A DNA stretch of 64,000 nt, taken from assembly GCF_030144855.1 (NCBI RefSeq), contig NC_082731.1, positions 21,886,001 to 21,950,000 of the forward strand. Direction: 5' to 3'. The stretch is from Hypanus sabinus. Its lineage: Eukaryota. Under the pieces are notes generated by a model. It was given only the letters and a program-made list of their open reading frames with translations, was not told the origin of the DNA and did not search any database. Made by a program: the position numbers and the translations under genes. Positions 62,077 through 64,000 of the stretch are shown here, in pieces. The stretch's first letter is position 1. Each line of letters opens with the position of its first letter.

Positions 62077-63725
62077 CGCAAGGGGCGGACAGTGAAGAAG
62101 TAAAGGCATCTCAGTGAGAAACTGTTTTTCAACTGATCGGGAAAAAGAGGCTAGACTGCGCAGACGCCTGACTTCGCACGCTAAAGGTATTTTTCTTTTT
62201 TAAAAAGCCCGCCATTTAGAGTGGCCATCCTCGTAGCGGTCATCGTCGGAGTGGACTGAGTCAGAGTTAGAGTTTTGTCTCAAAGGATAGGTTTCGGTAA
62301 ATGTTGTTTTGTCTGTTTAGAGTAGAGAGAATGCCAGATAGGATGTTGCAATGCTCCTTTTACAGAATATAGGAAGTCAGGGAGACCTCCGGTGTCCCTG
62401 GCAATGACACCTGAAAGAAGTGCATCCAGCTGCAGCTCCTAACAAACCGCCTTAGGGATCAGGAGCAGGAACTGGTTGACCTCCAGCTCATGCGGGACCA
62501 TGAAGAGTTTATATATAGTAACTACATGGAGGCTGCGACGCCAACGAGGAGCAGCACACAGGTAAATGGTTTACCATCAGGCGAGACAAGGGGAAAGGGC
62601 AGGCATAGCAGTTCTCCCCTGTGGCCATTTACCTCAACAACAAGAATACCGTGTTGGATACAGTTGTGTGAATGACATACATGGGACAAGCTGCGGTAGC
62701 CGTATTTCTGGCACTGGGTCTAGTTCTGCAGTGAAAAAGGGATCAGTGTATAACAGGAAACCGGTAATGGTAGGGGACTGAAAGTTAACAGTACAGAGAG
62801 AAGGTTCTGTGTTCACGACAGAGACTCCTGGATGGTTTGTTGCTTCCCGTGTGTAGGGTCAGGGAAGTTTCTGATCGCATGCACAGCGTTCTAATATCGG
62901 ATGGTATGCAAACAGATCTCCCGGTACACATTGGTACCAATCACGTAGGAAGAATGAGTGAGGACTTCCTGAAGATTGAGCATAGAGTACTTAGTTGGAA
63001 GATAAATAGCACTACCTCCAGGGTGGTAATTTCAGGATTTCTAGCTGTGCCACGTGCAAAGAGGTTAGGAATAGGGTGCTTTGTAGGATGAACACGTGGC
63101 CGAGGCACTGTTGAATGGGGTAAAGTTTGAGATTACAGGATCATTGGGACCTCTTCCTGGGCAGGTGGGACCTGTACAGGAGGGAAGGGTTACACCTGAA
63201 TTGCAGGGGGACTAATTTCCTTGCAGGATGGTTTGTTAGTTCTGTTGGGTGCATTGGGGTTTTAAACTTGATTTGCACGGGGATGGGACAAATAATGCAG
63301 AGATACTGTAGCGGGGGTGAAGATAAATGATTTTAAAGTTTCATGTAAAGCCACAACCAGATATTTTGTGTGTAATAATCTTCTGAGGTATGTGTATTTC
63401 AAAGCAAGGCGTGCTGTGGGGAATGCTGCCGAGCTCAGAGCGTGGATTGACACATGGAATTATGTCATTGTAGCCATTAGTGCAATTTGGCTACAGGAGG
63501 GGCTGGACTGGCAGCTTATTGTTCCAGAGTTCAGATGTTTCCGACCTGCTGGAAGTAGAGGGATTAAGAGAGAGAGGCTGTGGCAGTGCTAGTCAGGGAA
63601 AATGTTACAGCATTGCTCAGGCAGTACAGATTAGAGGGTTTGCCTACCGAGACCATATAGTGGAGTTGAGAAACATGAAAGGAATGACCACATTAATGAG
63701 TTGTGTTATAGACCACCCAATAGAT
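62077..63725 (+). mobile_element. Decayed CR1 5' portion (5' UTR, ORF1 from ATG 62331, esterase, start of EN)
   Basis: MPDRMLQC...KKCIQLQLL zinc-finger start; LLPVCRVREVSDRMH...VHIGTNHV...RVVISGFL (62837-63091); GLHLNCRGTN; AELRAWIDTWNYVIVAISAIWLQEG (63317-63592); YRPP near 63707-63718. Confidence 0.88.
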
Positions 63726-64000
63726 TGTAGATTATTTTTAATCAGAGAATACAATTCTAGACTGAAATTCGGACGTTGTCCTTCCTTTCACGAAGAACCC
63801 CCCGAACGCATGCAATGATACTTCCTCATCTAATCATTACGTACGCAGAAATGTTGCTGTTTTAATTCATGAATTCTACACTTCCTCGCCAGAAAACCAG
63901 AGTTTTCGGTGAAATGTACCTTTCTTCTGTGCTTTTCCGTTTCGCATTTGAGAAATACGGTTGTTCTTAGGCAGACTCTCTTATAAAACCATTTTGAAAC

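Noticed and set aside
60528-63740. ATTATTTTTA on both sides of the inverted CR1 as a TSD
   Set aside because: The left copy is about 20 nt from the tail, and the motif is low-complexity.
1-64000. CRISPR arrays, operons, rRNA or tRNA genes, or a prokaryotic defence system
   Set aside because: No regularly spaced direct repeats or structural RNA genes were recognised. The content is spliced vertebrate V segments and retroelements.
1-64000. Most short ORFs in the supplied track
   Set aside because: They are antisense or alternative frames of TEs and V exons, low-complexity AT-rich frames, or run through N gaps. No independent coding signal.

Overview
Vertebrate genomic DNA, not prokaryotic. 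It is most likely a cartilaginous fish (shark or ray), inferred from its repeat families. The window is part of an antigen-receptor V-segment array of T-cell receptor alpha/delta type. Nine V segments are clearly readable. Most show a leader exon, a short phase-1 intron, a V exon, and a recombination signal (RSS) with a 23-bp spacer where one survives. About nine further low-confidence V relics are also present. Only two V segments have an open leader plus V exon with canonical splice sites (6494-6929 and 50370-50803). Only the second also has a normal 23-RSS. V segments lie on both strands, often as convergent pairs. One pair (6079-6929) has RSS ends facing each other about 100 bp apart. The right half (about 36-59 kb) is a 6.5-7.1-kb tandem cassette repeated about four times. 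No D, J or C exons were found. The rest is retroelement debris: many CR1 LINEs (RT and SGNH-esterase ORF1 pieces), Penelope-like GIY-YIG elements with minimal hammerhead ribozymes, a chromodomain Ty3/gypsy fragment, and L1/Tx1-like and Rex1/Babar fragments. There are two assembly gaps. All alignments and coordinates were read by eye with no database search; repeat boundaries are approximate. I see no convincing wholly new system. The unusual points are V/RSS architecture and retroelement junction structures.
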